Below, piece after piece: positions 1 through 10,140 of a stretch of DNA of 54,038 bases. Under the pieces are notes generated by a model. That model was not told where the DNA came from and searched no databases. It saw only the letters and a list, made by a program, of their open reading frames with translations. The position numbers and the translations under genes were made by a program. Position 1 is the stretch's first letter. Each line of letters opens with the position of its first letter. The DNA comes from Bacteroidetes bacterium HGW-Bacteroidetes-21 (GTDB taxonomy: Bacteria > Bacteroidota > Bacteroidia > Bacteroidales > GWA2-32-17), in assembly GCA_002840935.1 (NCBI GenBank), contig PHDH01000001.1, positions 1 through 54,038 of the forward strand, given 5' to 3'.

Positions 1-1353
1 AAACGCGATGTATTATCTAAGCTCACCAATAGGCAATACGTATTAATGAATTTTCTGGAAGCTCCCCTGTTAGCATTCATTCTTGGTTACTTTACCAAAT
101 ATGTTTCGGGCGAGACCTACAATTTTAGTGAAAATGAAAACTTGTTCGCCTACCTCTTTATGGCCGTTGTTGTCGCCTTATTCCTTGGAATGACAGTAAG
201 TGCCGAAGAAATTATCCGCGACAGAAAAATTCTGCAGCGGGAAGCATTTCTCAACCTGAGTCGTTTCAGCTATATCAACTCCAAGGTGCTGATTATGTTT
301 ACACTTTCGGCTATTCAAATGTTGACCTTTCTGCTCGTAGGAAATTTTATTCTTGGCATTCAGGATATTACATTTAATTACTTTCTGGTATTATTCACTA
401 CCTCGTGTTTTGCCAATCTAATTGGGCTAAACATTTCTTCAGCCCTAAACTCGGTTGTTACGATTTACATACTTATCCCATTCATTCTTGTCCCTCAGTT
501 GCTGTTGAGTGGCGTAATCGTGAAATTTGAAAAACTCCATAAGTCTGTAGCTTCTTACTCTTTCGTTCCCGTAGTGGGCGATTTCATGACTTCCCGCTGG
601 GCTTTCGAAGCACTCGCTGTAACTCAGTTTAAAGACAATGAATGGGAAAAGAACTTCTTTGAAATTGAAAAGGAAAAAAGCTTTTTCGAATTCCGTTTTA
701 ACTACCTGATTCCAGAACTACTTAATAAAGTGGATAATGTCGTTCGACTAAAAGAGGAAAAAGGAGATAATGAAGAAATACAGAAAAATCTCACCGTTCT
801 AATAAACGAAATCAACAAAATTGAAAATATTTCAGAAAAAAAGAAATACGGAAAAATTAAAGATCTTACTCCTACTGCTTTCAATAACGATGTGGCAGAA
901 TACACACGAAAATATCTGGAGAAAAAGAAAAAGGATTTTCTGAAATACTACAATAAATCGAGCGATAAGTCGGATAAAAAATTCAATGAACTGATTCAAA
1001 CACTGGGAAGCAAGGACTTAGTTATTAAGCTAAAAGAAGATTACGCCAACATTGCTTTAGCAGACCTTGTAACCAATAAAAACTCCTTCGAAACCATTGC
1101 CGAAGATGATGGCGAAATAATACAGTTGACCAAGCCCATATTCAAAGATCCGGAATCAAATTACGGCAGAGCTCATTTTTATGCTCCTTATAAAAACATG
1201 TTTGGCAAACATATCGACACGCTCTATTTCAACACCATCTTTATTTGGCTTACTTCGTTATTCATGTACATTGTACTTGTGTTCAACCTTCTTAAAAAAC
1301 TGATGGACAAATCAGGAAACTTCAACCCATTCCGTAAAAAAGAAAAAGAATAG
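1..1353 (+). CDS. ABC-2/ABCG-type transporter membrane domain, 5'-truncated by the window edge
   Basis: The frame of the 46..1353 ORF is open from base 1 (KRDVLSKLTNRQYVL precedes the Met), so the CDS enters from upstream. It has several hydrophobic helices plus an 'FMTSRWAFEAL' segment typical of ABC-2 permeases. A long K/E-rich soluble insert precedes the last helix. Confidence 0.6.
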   Translation, partial: KRDVLSKLTNRQYVLMNFLEAPLLAFILGYFTKYVSGETYNFSENENLFAYLFMAVVVALFLGMTVSAEEIIRDRKILQREAFLNLSRFSYINSKVLIMFTLSAIQMLTFLLVGNFILGIQDITFNYFLVLFTTSCFANLIGLNISSALNSVVTIYILIPFILVPQLLLSGVIVKFEKLHKSVASYSFVPVVGDFMTSRWAFEALAVTQFKDNEWEKNFFEIEKEKSFFEFRFNYLIPELLNKVDNVVRLKEEKGDNEEIQKNLTVLINEINKIENISEKKKYGKIKDLTPTAFNNDVAEYTRKYLEKKKKDFLKYYNKSSDKSDKKFNELIQTLGSKDLVIKLKEDYANIALADLVTNKNSFETIAEDDGEIIQLTKPIFKDPESNYGRAHFYAPYKNMFGKHIDTLYFNTIFIWLTSLFMYIVLVFNLLKKLMDKSGNFNPFRKKEKE

Positions 1354-1361
1354 GTTAAATA

Positions 1362-2261
1362 ATGAAGATTAGTGGTTTTACGATGGTTCGCAATGCGACC
1401 CTGCTTTACTATCCGGTGAAGGAGTCAATAATGAGTGTCCTGCCTTTGGTTGATGAATTCATTGTCGCATTGGATAAAGGAGATGCTTCGGACACTACCG
1501 AACAGGAAATTTTATCTATTGGATCGGATAAAATAAAAATCCCCTATCGGGTATGGGACGAACAGCTTTATAAAAATAGTCAGATTTTCAGACACGAAAC
1601 CAATTTTGCCTTATCAAAATGTACAGGCGACTGGTGCTTTTATATTCAGGCTGACGAAGTAATACACGAAGATGATTACGAAGAAATTCAACTAGCCTGC
1701 CAAAGACATCTGAATAATAAAAAAGTAGAAGGCCTTCTCTTCAACTACCGTCATTTCTGGGGCGACTATCTTCATTACCTTCCCTTTCACGGTTGGTACC
1801 GCAACGAAATTCGTATTATCCGAAACCATATTGGGGTCGAATCAATTAAAGATGCTCAATCATTTAGGATAGGGAATCGCAAACTGAAAGTGGCCAAAAT
1901 AAATGCCCATATCTTCCATTATGGATGGGTAAGACCACCCGACCGTATGGGAAAAAAGAAAAAGGAACACGACAATATTCATCAGGGCAGTACTGTCAAT
2001 AGTCTCGAAACACCATCCGATATTTTTAATTACGGAAATCTATCGGCTATACCATTATATACAGAGACTCATCCAGCCATCATGCAAGAGAGAATATCCT
2101 CTTTCTTTTGGACCGATCAACTGACTTACAACACCTTTTTAAATACAAGAAAAAAACTCAAACACGAAAAAGTTGGCAATAAAATTATTTCGTGGTTCGA
2201 GAATCGAATCCTAAATGGTCGGCAATTGTTTGGCTATAAAAACTGGAAAACAATCAAATAA
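1362..2261 (+). CDS. Glycosyltransferase family 2-like protein
   Basis: 299-aa ORF starting 9 nt after the upstream stop. The N-terminus (GFTMVRNA..YPV.ESI.SVLPLVDEFIVALDKGD.SD.T) and a later 'IQADE' acidic motif resemble GT-A fold enzymes. Confidence 0.5.
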   Translation: MKISGFTMVRNATLLYYPVKESIMSVLPLVDEFIVALDKGDASDTTEQEILSIGSDKIKIPYRVWDEQLYKNSQIFRHETNFALSKCTGDWCFYIQADEVIHEDDYEEIQLACQRHLNNKKVEGLLFNYRHFWGDYLHYLPFHGWYRNEIRIIRNHIGVESIKDAQSFRIGNRKLKVAKINAHIFHYGWVRPPDRMGKKKKEHDNIHQGSTVNSLETPSDIFNYGNLSAIPLYTETHPAIMQERISSFFWTDQLTYNTFLNTRKKLKHEKVGNKIISWFENRILNGRQLFGYKNWKTIK

Positions 2262-2262
2262 A

Positions 2263-2288
2263 AAGGCCGCTCTTTTCAGAACGGCCTT
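2263..2288. terminator. Bidirectional hairpin between convergent genes
   Basis: AAGGCCG-loop-CGGCCTT stem lying between the stops of the + gene (2261) and the - gene (2306), flanked by A/T runs. Confidence 0.5.
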
Positions 2289-2305
2289 ACATATTTAATA
2301 ATGTA

Positions 2306-3103
2306 TTATTCTTGTTTTAATATTACCGATTCTAATCCAATAGTTGTTGTAGATGATGATGTAACAGGATCTATTGAAGAATAATAACTACTCAAATCGA
2401 GATTGTCGAGTTGACGATACATATGAAGCTCTTTATTTTTCAACATATCAAGTACCCATACCTGTGCAAATTCGCCATTGGCCCATTTGTTTTCCTGATT
2501 TGAAACTGAGTTGTATATCTGAGGAAATCCACCTACACTTATTCCATCAGCATCCTGAATATCGATAGTATAACTGATAGTTGTTTTATGGTTAAGTGAT
2601 TCAAAAACCAGAGAAAGTCTTTCTTTGTTTTTGTAATTATCAATTTTATTTAAAAAGTTCCATGTACCATTTCCTTTTATTTCTATAGTAGTAATGGTCT
2701 TTTCATAGGTAGTAAGGTCGGTGATCTCGTCATATTTTGTAATAGGATCCGTCAACTCATATCTTAACAGATAATCCAAACGGCCGTCCTTTTCAAATTT
2801 ATAATATGCTTCTTTGACTTTACCAGAAATGGTATAACTTGTATCATGACTTGTTTGAGTTGAGTCAATTTTCAAATTGATATTTTCATCTGCCAGTGTA
2901 AGAGTTTCGTTATAAAACTCACCATTAGGAAGTTTGGTAAACGCCTGACGGTCCATATTGGCAAAATCCCAGTATCCGGTAACTCTGGCTTTGCGTGTAC
3001 GGAATGAAAAGAAAGGATCGTTTTCCCCTTTTTTACAACTGTTCATGAATAATGAACCACACACTACAAGTAATACTAAAATTAAGCTAAAGAGCCTTTT
3101 CAT
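2306..3103 (-). CDS. Hypothetical lipoprotein
   Basis: Signal peptide followed by a lipobox-like Cys (LVVCGSLFMNSC-KKGEND). No recognisable catalytic motif. Confidence 0.5.
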   Translation of the reverse strand: MKRLFSLILVLLVVCGSLFMNSCKKGENDPFFSFRTRKARVTGYWDFANMDRQAFTKLPNGEFYNETLTLADENINLKIDSTQTSHDTSYTISGKVKEAYYKFEKDGRLDYLLRYELTDPITKYDEITDLTTYEKTITTIEIKGNGTWNFLNKIDNYKNKERLSLVFESLNHKTTISYTIDIQDADGISVGGFPQIYNSVSNQENKWANGEFAQVWVLDMLKNKELHMYRQLDNLDLSSYYSSIDPVTSSSTTTIGLESVILKQE

Positions 3104-3451
3104 ATTATAAGTATTTAATAATCAATCAACTTAAGACAAATTCAACATTTTTTGCCCGCAGTAAAATTATTTTAATTTAATTACTTTTCAAAATAAATAA
3201 TAAAAAAAACAACAAATTACTTCAATTTTTCATATGCTTTCCGTCACAATAAATCATTATTGCCTGATCAATAGGCCGTTGCAAGCACTAATATAAAATG
3301 CTCATTTTCAAAAACAAATGCTGAATTGATAGTAAACACTGACTCTTTGATAAGAAAAAACAAATTTTTTGGTTATTTGATTGGAATTAAGGTTTTATTA
3401 AAGCAAGAAAAAAATATATATAATTTGATTAATTTTGAAACTCTTACATTT

Positions 3452-4621
3452 ATGCTAGATTTCACCAATACTAAAACCGCTTTTGCAGGAAAGACAGACA
3501 AAGAACTCCGTCGGGCAGCCTTTTTATTTGGCTTTTTGTTCCGTCCTTGGGTTAAATCGTTGGCAGTATTTTTTCTGCGTATAGCAATGTGGATGCATCT
3601 GCCCATACGATGGGCTGTTAAACCATTGATTTTTCGCCAATTTTGTGGAGGCGAAACGCTTTCGGAATGTACTCTTGCAATTCAAAAACTATCTATTTCC
3701 CATATTTATTCTATCCCGGATTACTCCGCTGAGGGACTAAAAACCCCAGCTGGGTTTTCCGCTGCCTACGACGAAATTCTCTCAGCTATTCGATACTCAA
3801 AAGACAATCAACATATCCCTTTTGCTGTTTTCAAACCCAGCTCACTGGTTCCTGTCTACATACTTGAAAAAGTTTCTTCTGATATACCTTTAGATGAAAA
3901 AGAAAATCTTCTCTTTGTAGAATTCAGAACACGTTTGAGAAATATTGCCGAAACTTGTATTACTAATAATTTGAGATTATTGATTGATGCCGAGGAATAT
4001 GCCTCACAAAAAGCTGTAGACGATTTGGTGGAAGAAATGATGGAAACCTATAACAAAGAATCTGCCTTTATCTTTAACACCCTTCAAATGTACCGTCACG
4101 ACAGACTCTACTATCTCAAACAACTTAACGAAAAGGCAAAAAATAAAAACTATTACCTTGGCATCAAACTCGTACGAGGTGCATACATGGAAAAGGAAAG
4201 AGCCCGCGCAAAAGCTCTGGGATATCCTTCTCCTATCCAACCCGATAAAGCTTCTACCGATGCCATGTATGATGAAGCACTAACTTTCTTAACAGAACAA
4301 ATAAATCATACCATAATTTTCTGTGGCACTCACAACGAAAAAAGCGTTCAGCACCTAATCTCTTTAATGAACGAAAAAGGATTATCGGAAGATGACAAGC
4401 GCGTTTGGTTCTCACAACTCTATGGCATGAGCGATCATATCAGCTATAATCTTTCATATGCTGGTTATCAGGTAGCCAAATACCTTCCTTATGGACCGGT
4501 AAAATTGGTTATTCCTTATTTATTGCGAAGAGCTAACGAAAACTCTTCCGTTAAAAATCAGGCTGGAAGAGAAGAATTACTCCTTAAAAATGAAATTAAA
4601 CGAAGAAAAAATACATTATGA
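3452..4621 (+). CDS. Proline dehydrogenase
   Basis: PRODH-like motifs are present (LIDAEE, GIKLVRGAYMEKE, THN, QLYGMSD). I prefer the internal ATG at 3452 (MLDFTNTKTAF...) over the 42-aa low-complexity extension from 3326. Confidence 0.8.
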   Translation: MLDFTNTKTAFAGKTDKELRRAAFLFGFLFRPWVKSLAVFFLRIAMWMHLPIRWAVKPLIFRQFCGGETLSECTLAIQKLSISHIYSIPDYSAEGLKTPAGFSAAYDEILSAIRYSKDNQHIPFAVFKPSSLVPVYILEKVSSDIPLDEKENLLFVEFRTRLRNIAETCITNNLRLLIDAEEYASQKAVDDLVEEMMETYNKESAFIFNTLQMYRHDRLYYLKQLNEKAKNKNYYLGIKLVRGAYMEKERARAKALGYPSPIQPDKASTDAMYDEALTFLTEQINHTIIFCGTHNEKSVQHLISLMNEKGLSEDDKRVWFSQLYGMSDHISYNLSYAGYQVAKYLPYGPVKLVIPYLLRRANENSSVKNQAGREELLLKNEIKRRKNTL

Positions 4622-5106
4622 AATTTGACAATCTAGACAATCTAATGAGACTTAGAGCCATTATGTACATTGCGGCTTTTACCACGATTACCCTGGCCAC
4701 ATTGGGTATCATGACAAATCTTTATACCGACTATTTATTCCCTATTCCGGGACATTATTATTCTATTTTCTTCGGGGCACTTTTCTTTCTCTACCTTTTT
4801 TACCGTTCTAATCTGAAGTATTCCTATTTCGCTTTTTCAGAAGAAGGAAATAAACTGGTTCTTCGTTATTATCGCATGGGGACTATCAATGTTAAATTCC
4901 GTTCCATTGAAATCCCAAAAAACACCCTTCATTCATGGGAAATTAAAAAGCATTTTTTTAATAAACGCTCCGAACTTATACTCTTTCAATCGACTCCCAA
5001 AGGCATTGCCAAGTATCCTCCCGTGCCTATCACTGCACTTACAAAACAGCAATCTGATGCCGTAATGCAAACTTTAGCCATGTATGCCCGTAAAGTCGAA
5101 AACTAA
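4618..5106 (+). CDS. Hypothetical membrane protein
   Basis: ATGA overlap with the proline dehydrogenase stop. Two predicted N-terminal TM helices. No family recognised. Confidence 0.45.
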   Translation: MKFDNLDNLMRLRAIMYIAAFTTITLATLGIMTNLYTDYLFPIPGHYYSIFFGALFFLYLFYRSNLKYSYFAFSEEGNKLVLRYYRMGTINVKFRSIEIPKNTLHSWEIKKHFFNKRSELILFQSTPKGIAKYPPVPITALTKQQSDAVMQTLAMYARKVEN

Positions 5107-6217
5107 AGATCAGCACCTGCTGCATAAAATTGCTTTATCTCTGATTCCGTATGCAGGGGATGTCAGAATACGCCGGCTCATAACATATGTTGGCGGAATA
5201 GAAGCCCTTTTTAACGCAAAACCCAACACCTTATTAAAAGTCCCGGGGGTAGGAGAAGTAATTAGTAGTCAGGTATACCAAGGGCTCAACAATAAAGAAA
5301 TTCTGCTCAGAGCAGAAAAAGAAGTAGAATTTATTTCAAAATTTGATATCAAACCCTGCTTTTTCCTCGACGAAGATTATCCTTTTCGATTACAACACTG
5401 CGAAGATGCCCCATTGATTTTCTTCACCATGGGCGAAACAGACCTGAATAAACTTAAAATACTGAGCATCGTTGGCACCCGAAAACCCACTAACGAAGGG
5501 AAAAAAATCACCAAAGAACTGGTCAGAGAATTAGCTTCTTTTTCAAAAGATATTACCATCGTCAGTGGCCTCGCCTATGGCGTTGATATTACTGCCCACA
5601 AAGCAGCCCTCGAACAAGACATGGAAACGGTTGCCGTTCTGGCGCATGGCTTAGACAGAATTTACCCGGCAATTCACCGGAATACCGCCAGCGAAATCAT
5701 TAATAAAGGATGTCTGCTGACAGAATTTCTCTCCGAACAAATTCCCGACAAACCAAACTTTGTAAAAAGAAACCGAATCATAGCCGGGCTCTCCGACGCT
5801 ACCATAGTGATTGAAGCAGGACTCCGCAGTGGAGCATTAATTACGGCTGATATCGCTAACTCCTATAACCGCGATGTATGTGCCATCCCAGGTCGCACAT
5901 CTGATCCTTATTCAGCCGGACCTAATTTTTTAATAAAATCACACCGGGCTGCTCTGGTTGAATCTGCTGCGGATATTCTCAAATTACTCAACTGGAGCAT
6001 TTCTAAAACAGAAACAAAACCTGACCTGTTCAGCACTTTTACCGACGATGAAAAATCCATTTACACCATTCTCCTCAACGAGGGAAATTGCCCTATCGAC
6101 CTCATTTCCCGTCAGTCGGGCTTTGCCCCCGGTAAACTTTCTTCGGTATTGCTCAACCTCGAATTTCAAGGAGCAGTCGAATGTCTGCCCGGGAAAATCT
6201 TTAAACTTTGCCGCTAA
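5084..6217 (+). CDS. dprA: DNA-processing protein DprA (Smf)
   Basis: Rossmann-like DprA core (IVGTRKPT..G, SGLAYGVDITAHKAAL, VLAHGLD.IYP, NF..RNRIIAGLS) plus a C-terminal winged-helix-like tail. Confidence 0.85.
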   Translation: MPVKSKTKDQHLLHKIALSLIPYAGDVRIRRLITYVGGIEALFNAKPNTLLKVPGVGEVISSQVYQGLNNKEILLRAEKEVEFISKFDIKPCFFLDEDYPFRLQHCEDAPLIFFTMGETDLNKLKILSIVGTRKPTNEGKKITKELVRELASFSKDITIVSGLAYGVDITAHKAALEQDMETVAVLAHGLDRIYPAIHRNTASEIINKGCLLTEFLSEQIPDKPNFVKRNRIIAGLSDATIVIEAGLRSGALITADIANSYNRDVCAIPGRTSDPYSAGPNFLIKSHRAALVESAADILKLLNWSISKTETKPDLFSTFTDDEKSIYTILLNEGNCPIDLISRQSGFAPGKLSSVLLNLEFQGAVECLPGKIFKLCR

Positions 6218-6226
6218 TAAGATAAT

Positions 6227-6991
6227 ATGCTGATAGATACACACACTCACCTATACCTCGAAGATTTTAAGGACGACATTGGAATAGTCATTCAGAATGC
6301 CCTGCAAAACGACATTCAAAAAATGCTCCTCCCCAATATCGACATGGATTCGGTAGAACCTATGCTCAATCTTCATCAACAATTTAAAGATTGTACATAT
6401 ATCATGACCGGCCTCCACCCTACCTCGGTCGACAAAGCTTGGAGAACAACGCTAAATAACATTCTTACAACCATCGAAAAACAAGCTAAACCCATAGCTG
6501 TTGGCGAAGCCGGAATAGATTTATACTGGGACAAAACATTTGTGGAAGAACAAAAAGAAGCTTTCATTTTTCAGATAGAATACGCCATTAACAATAACCT
6601 ACCCATTGTCATTCACTCACGTAATTCCCTCGATTTAATTATTGAAATGATCAAGCCCTATCAGGGAAAACTTCGGGGCGTATTTCACTGTTTTCCAGGC
6701 CACGTCCAGCAAGCCATACAACTTGTCGATCAGGGTTTTTACCTCGGTCTGGGCGGCGTTGTTACTTATAAAAATGCAAAAATGGCCGAAGTTGCAGCTC
6801 AACTCCCCCTCGAAAGCATTATTCTTGAGACAGATGCCCCCTTTTTAAGTCCACAGGGAAAAAGAGGTCAGCGCAATGAAAGTGCAAACATTAAAGATAT
6901 TGCCTTATTTATTGCCGAAAAACGAAATACAGATTTTGAAACCATTTGTAAGGTGACTACCGCAAATGCCTATAAACTATTTGATCTTTAA
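6227..6991 (+). CDS. tatD: TatD-family metal-dependent hydrolase
   Basis: MLIDTHTHL start, GE.GLD, IHSR, FHCF and ETDAPFL motifs. Confidence 0.85.
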   Translation: MLIDTHTHLYLEDFKDDIGIVIQNALQNDIQKMLLPNIDMDSVEPMLNLHQQFKDCTYIMTGLHPTSVDKAWRTTLNNILTTIEKQAKPIAVGEAGIDLYWDKTFVEEQKEAFIFQIEYAINNNLPIVIHSRNSLDLIIEMIKPYQGKLRGVFHCFPGHVQQAIQLVDQGFYLGLGGVVTYKNAKMAEVAAQLPLESIILETDAPFLSPQGKRGQRNESANIKDIALFIAEKRNTDFETICKVTTANAYKLFDL

Positions 6992-6995
6992 AAAA

Positions 6996-8030
6996 ATGAA
7001 CAAAGCTTCTATCTTATTAATATATACAGGTGGCACCATTGGTATGGTTAAAAATCACCAGACAGGCAGTCTGTACCCTATCGATTTTAGTTTGATAAAA
7101 CAGGAACTGCCCGAGTTGAAAAAATTCAACTGTAACATAGATTCTGTGTCTTTGCCTGAACTCATTGACTCATCTAACATCAGTCCTTCTTTTTGGGTCG
7201 AAATTGCCAATACCATTCAAAAAAACTATAAAAAATATGACGGCTTTGTCGTACTTCACGGTACCGACACCATGGCCTATTCGGCTTCGGCGCTGAGTTT
7301 TATGCTCGACAATCTGGCCAAACCCGTTATTTTTACCGGATCGCAGTTACCCATCGGAGCCGTCAGAACCGACGGAAAAGAAAACCTGATTACCGCGGTT
7401 GAAATTGCGGCCTCCGAAAAAAACGGCAAACCCTTGGTTCCTGAAGTTTGTATTTATTTTAAAAACAAACTCTTTCGTGGCAACAGAACAACTAAAAAAA
7501 GTGTCGATCATTTCAATGCTTTTGTATCCGAAAATTATCCATTATTGGCCGAAGTCGGCATGAGCATTCGCTTTCATCCTGAACATTTTTTAAAATCGAA
7601 CCCAAACAAAGAACTGATAGTTCATAAGAATCTTAGCTCAGATCTGGCCATCCTCAAACTTTTTCCGGGCATCACCGAAAATGTAGTCATGAACATCATT
7701 GCAACTCCCGGACTTCGTGGACTCATTATTGAAACCTATGGGGCTGGCAATGCCCCCACCGGCGACTGGTTCCTGAAAGCTATGCGGGAAGCCATTCACA
7801 AAGGCATCATTGTGCTGAACATTACCCAATGTCCCTCCGGCGCCATACAAATGGGTTTGTACGAAACTAGCCTCGAACTCCTGCGAATGGGTGTCGTAAG
7901 TGGCTACGACATGACCACCGAAGCGGCGGTCACCAAGCTGATGTGCCTGTTGGGAAAAGAATTGAAATATAAACAAATACTCGCTTTACTCAAGACTTCA
8001 ATGCGCGGTGAAGTGAGCCTCCCCGCTTAA
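6996..8030 (+). CDS. ansA: L-asparaginase, type I
   Basis: ILLIYTGGTIGM and HGTDTMAYSASALSF active-site motifs. The ATG at 6996 is preferred over the 6966 extension, which overlaps tatD. Confidence 0.85.
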   Translation: MNKASILLIYTGGTIGMVKNHQTGSLYPIDFSLIKQELPELKKFNCNIDSVSLPELIDSSNISPSFWVEIANTIQKNYKKYDGFVVLHGTDTMAYSASALSFMLDNLAKPVIFTGSQLPIGAVRTDGKENLITAVEIAASEKNGKPLVPEVCIYFKNKLFRGNRTTKKSVDHFNAFVSENYPLLAEVGMSIRFHPEHFLKSNPNKELIVHKNLSSDLAILKLFPGITENVVMNIIATPGLRGLIIETYGAGNAPTGDWFLKAMREAIHKGIIVLNITQCPSGAIQMGLYETSLELLRMGVVSGYDMTTEAAVTKLMCLLGKELKYKQILALLKTSMRGEVSLPA

Positions 8031-8133
8031 ATTAAACAACAATATTTGAGGTTCAGGCAAACGAAATACACTATTGCGTAATACGGGTTAATAAAATTTG
8101 AATTTCCCCCCGAAAAAATCTTTTTCTTTTTTG

Positions 8134-8141
8134 TATATTTG
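8134..8141 (+). promoter_or_regulatory. Candidate Bacteroidota -7 box (TATATTTG)
   Basis: Matches the TAnnTTTG consensus 26 nt upstream of the ATG at 8167. No well-spaced -33 TTTG was seen. Confidence 0.25.
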
Positions 8142-8166
8142 TTGTTTCCTGATTTTTGCGCGATAT

Positions 8167-8790
8167 ATGAATAAAGTCCAGCTCTCCGTTCTTGGTTTGT
8201 CTCTCAGCGAAAGCACTAGTAATGCCTATGCCCTGATTTTATCAGACGAAACCAGCCAGAAACGCATCCCGATTATCATCGGATCAGCCGAAGCACAGGC
8301 TATTGCCATTGAACTCGAAAGCCTTAAACCTCCCCGCCCTCTGACACACGACCTCCTGAAAAACATTACTTTATCATTTGATATCCATCTTACCGAAGTA
8401 AACATTTATAAACTGGAAGAAGGTATCTTTTTCTCTAACCTTGTTTTTGAAAACGGTTCAAAAAAAATGGTCATCGATTCCAGAACATCTGATGCAGTTG
8501 CCCTCGCTCTCCGCTTTAAATGTCCGATTTTTACGACCCGCGATATTGTCGAAAAAGCAGGCGTCTTTCTAAAATTCGATAGTAAAAAAGAAGACCCCGA
8601 CGCCATAGAAGACTTTAACCCCGATGCTGATGAGGATGACTTCGAAAAAGATAGCCCAATAGTTTCCGTTCAGTCAAAAACAATAGCCGAACTCGAAACT
8701 ATGCTGCAACAAGCGATTCAAAACGAAGAATACGAGCTGGCATCAAGAGTAAAAGAAGAACTCAACCGAAGAAACAAAGACAATCTCTGA
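8167..8790 (+). CDS. Bifunctional nuclease-family protein with C-terminal UVR motif
   Basis: The segment 'NAYALILSDE...RIPIIIGSAEAQAIA..LE...PRPLTHDL' is typical of the BFN domain. The C-terminal 'LE.ML..AI.NEEYELASRVK.EL' is UVR-like. The ATG at 8167 is preferred over the TTG at 8098. Confidence 0.75.
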   Translation: MNKVQLSVLGLSLSESTSNAYALILSDETSQKRIPIIIGSAEAQAIAIELESLKPPRPLTHDLLKNITLSFDIHLTEVNIYKLEEGIFFSNLVFENGSKKMVIDSRTSDAVALALRFKCPIFTTRDIVEKAGVFLKFDSKKEDPDAIEDFNPDADEDDFEKDSPIVSVQSKTIAELETMLQQAIQNEEYELASRVKEELNRRNKDNL

Positions 8791-8830
8791 GCAATTAAAG
8801 GATTAAAAGTAAAACATTAAACTTATTACT

Positions 8831-10129
8831 ATGGGACTCAAAAGCAGGTTAATCCTGATGAACTTCTTACAGTTTTTTATCTGGGGGGCATGGCTTATTA
8901 CTATTGCCAATTATTGGTTTGGGACAATGCAATGGGGCAGTACAGAATTTGGAGCCATATTCTTAACGCTGGGCATTTCTTCTCTCTTCATGCCTACACT
9001 GACAGGTATCATAGCCGATCGATGGATTAATGCTGAAAAACTATACGCTATACTACATATACTCGGTGGCGCTGTAGTATTTTGTTTTCCGATGATAACC
9101 AGTCCTGATACCTTTTTCTGGTTCATGCTGCTGGCAATGTGTTTCTATATGCCCACCATTGCTCTAACCAACACTATTGCATATAATGCTCTGAAATCAG
9201 GAGGTCACGATGTGGTTAAAGCGTTTCCGCCTATCCGTGTGTTTGGCACCATTGGGTTTATAGCAGCTATGTGGATTACTAATTTATCCGGAAGCAAAGC
9301 TTCTGAAATGCAGTTTTACATTTCAGCTGCTGCATCAATGGTTCTTGGATTTTATTCGTTTACACTGCCCAAATGTCCGCCACAGCTTCAGGTTGTGGGC
9401 AAATCCTCTTTTGTAAAAATGTTTGGTCTGGATGCGTTTCGTCTTTTTGCTAATTACAAAATGGCATTATTTTTCATTTTTTCTATGCTATTAGGTGCCT
9501 CGTTACAACTCACCAACATGTACGGTGATGTTTTTCTGGATGAATTCAAATTCAATCCGATGTATGGACCAGATTCCTTTGTGGTAAAATACTCTACCAT
9601 CATCATGTCCATTTCACAGATGTCAGAAACAATTTTCATTCTTACCATACCCTTCTTCCTCCGAAAATTTGGCATCAAACAAGTTATGCTTTTAAGTATG
9701 GTTGCCTGGGTTCTTCGCTTTGCTTTGTTTGGATTTGGTGATCCTGCCGGTGGTCTTTGGATGCTTATACTATCGTGTATAATCTATGGTATGGCCTTCG
9801 ACTTTTTCAACATTTCCGGCTCACTGTTTGTCGAAACCGAATGCAATCCAAACATGAGAGCCAGTGCTCAGGGTCTATTTATGACGATGACCAACGGTTT
9901 TGGCACTATCATCGGGAGTTTTGTGAGTGGCAAACTTATAGCCACTTATTTCACTGTCGAAAAGGTTGTGATCGAAAATGGGCAGGAAATGATTAAGCAT
10001 GAAAAGGAATGGCCCAATATATGGTTTGCATTTGCAGCCTACGGAGCAGTTGTCGCCATACTCTTTGCCATACTCTTTAGACACAAGCACAATCCCGAAC
10101 AAATAAGCAAGACAACAGTAACCCATTGA
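8831..10129 (+). CDS. Nucleoside:H+ symporter-family MFS permease
   Basis: About 12 TM helices. The N-terminus LMNFLQFFIWGAWL and 'TGIIADRWINAEK' resemble NupG/XapB-type nucleoside permeases. Confidence 0.65.
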   Translation: MGLKSRLILMNFLQFFIWGAWLITIANYWFGTMQWGSTEFGAIFLTLGISSLFMPTLTGIIADRWINAEKLYAILHILGGAVVFCFPMITSPDTFFWFMLLAMCFYMPTIALTNTIAYNALKSGGHDVVKAFPPIRVFGTIGFIAAMWITNLSGSKASEMQFYISAAASMVLGFYSFTLPKCPPQLQVVGKSSFVKMFGLDAFRLFANYKMALFFIFSMLLGASLQLTNMYGDVFLDEFKFNPMYGPDSFVVKYSTIIMSISQMSETIFILTIPFFLRKFGIKQVMLLSMVAWVLRFALFGFGDPAGGLWMLILSCIIYGMAFDFFNISGSLFVETECNPNMRASAQGLFMTMTNGFGTIIGSFVSGKLIATYFTVEKVVIENGQEMIKHEKEWPNIWFAFAAYGAVVAILFAILFRHKHNPEQISKTTVTH

Positions 10130-10140
10130 ATTTTTAAACC

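Noticed and set aside
3326-3451. N-terminal extensions proposed by the ORF track: 3326, 6966, 8098, 15908, 26029, 28808, 39609 and 41993
   Set aside because: The extensions are low-complexity, or overlap the upstream gene, or use TTG/GTG starts. In each case an internal ATG yields the N-terminus typical of the family.
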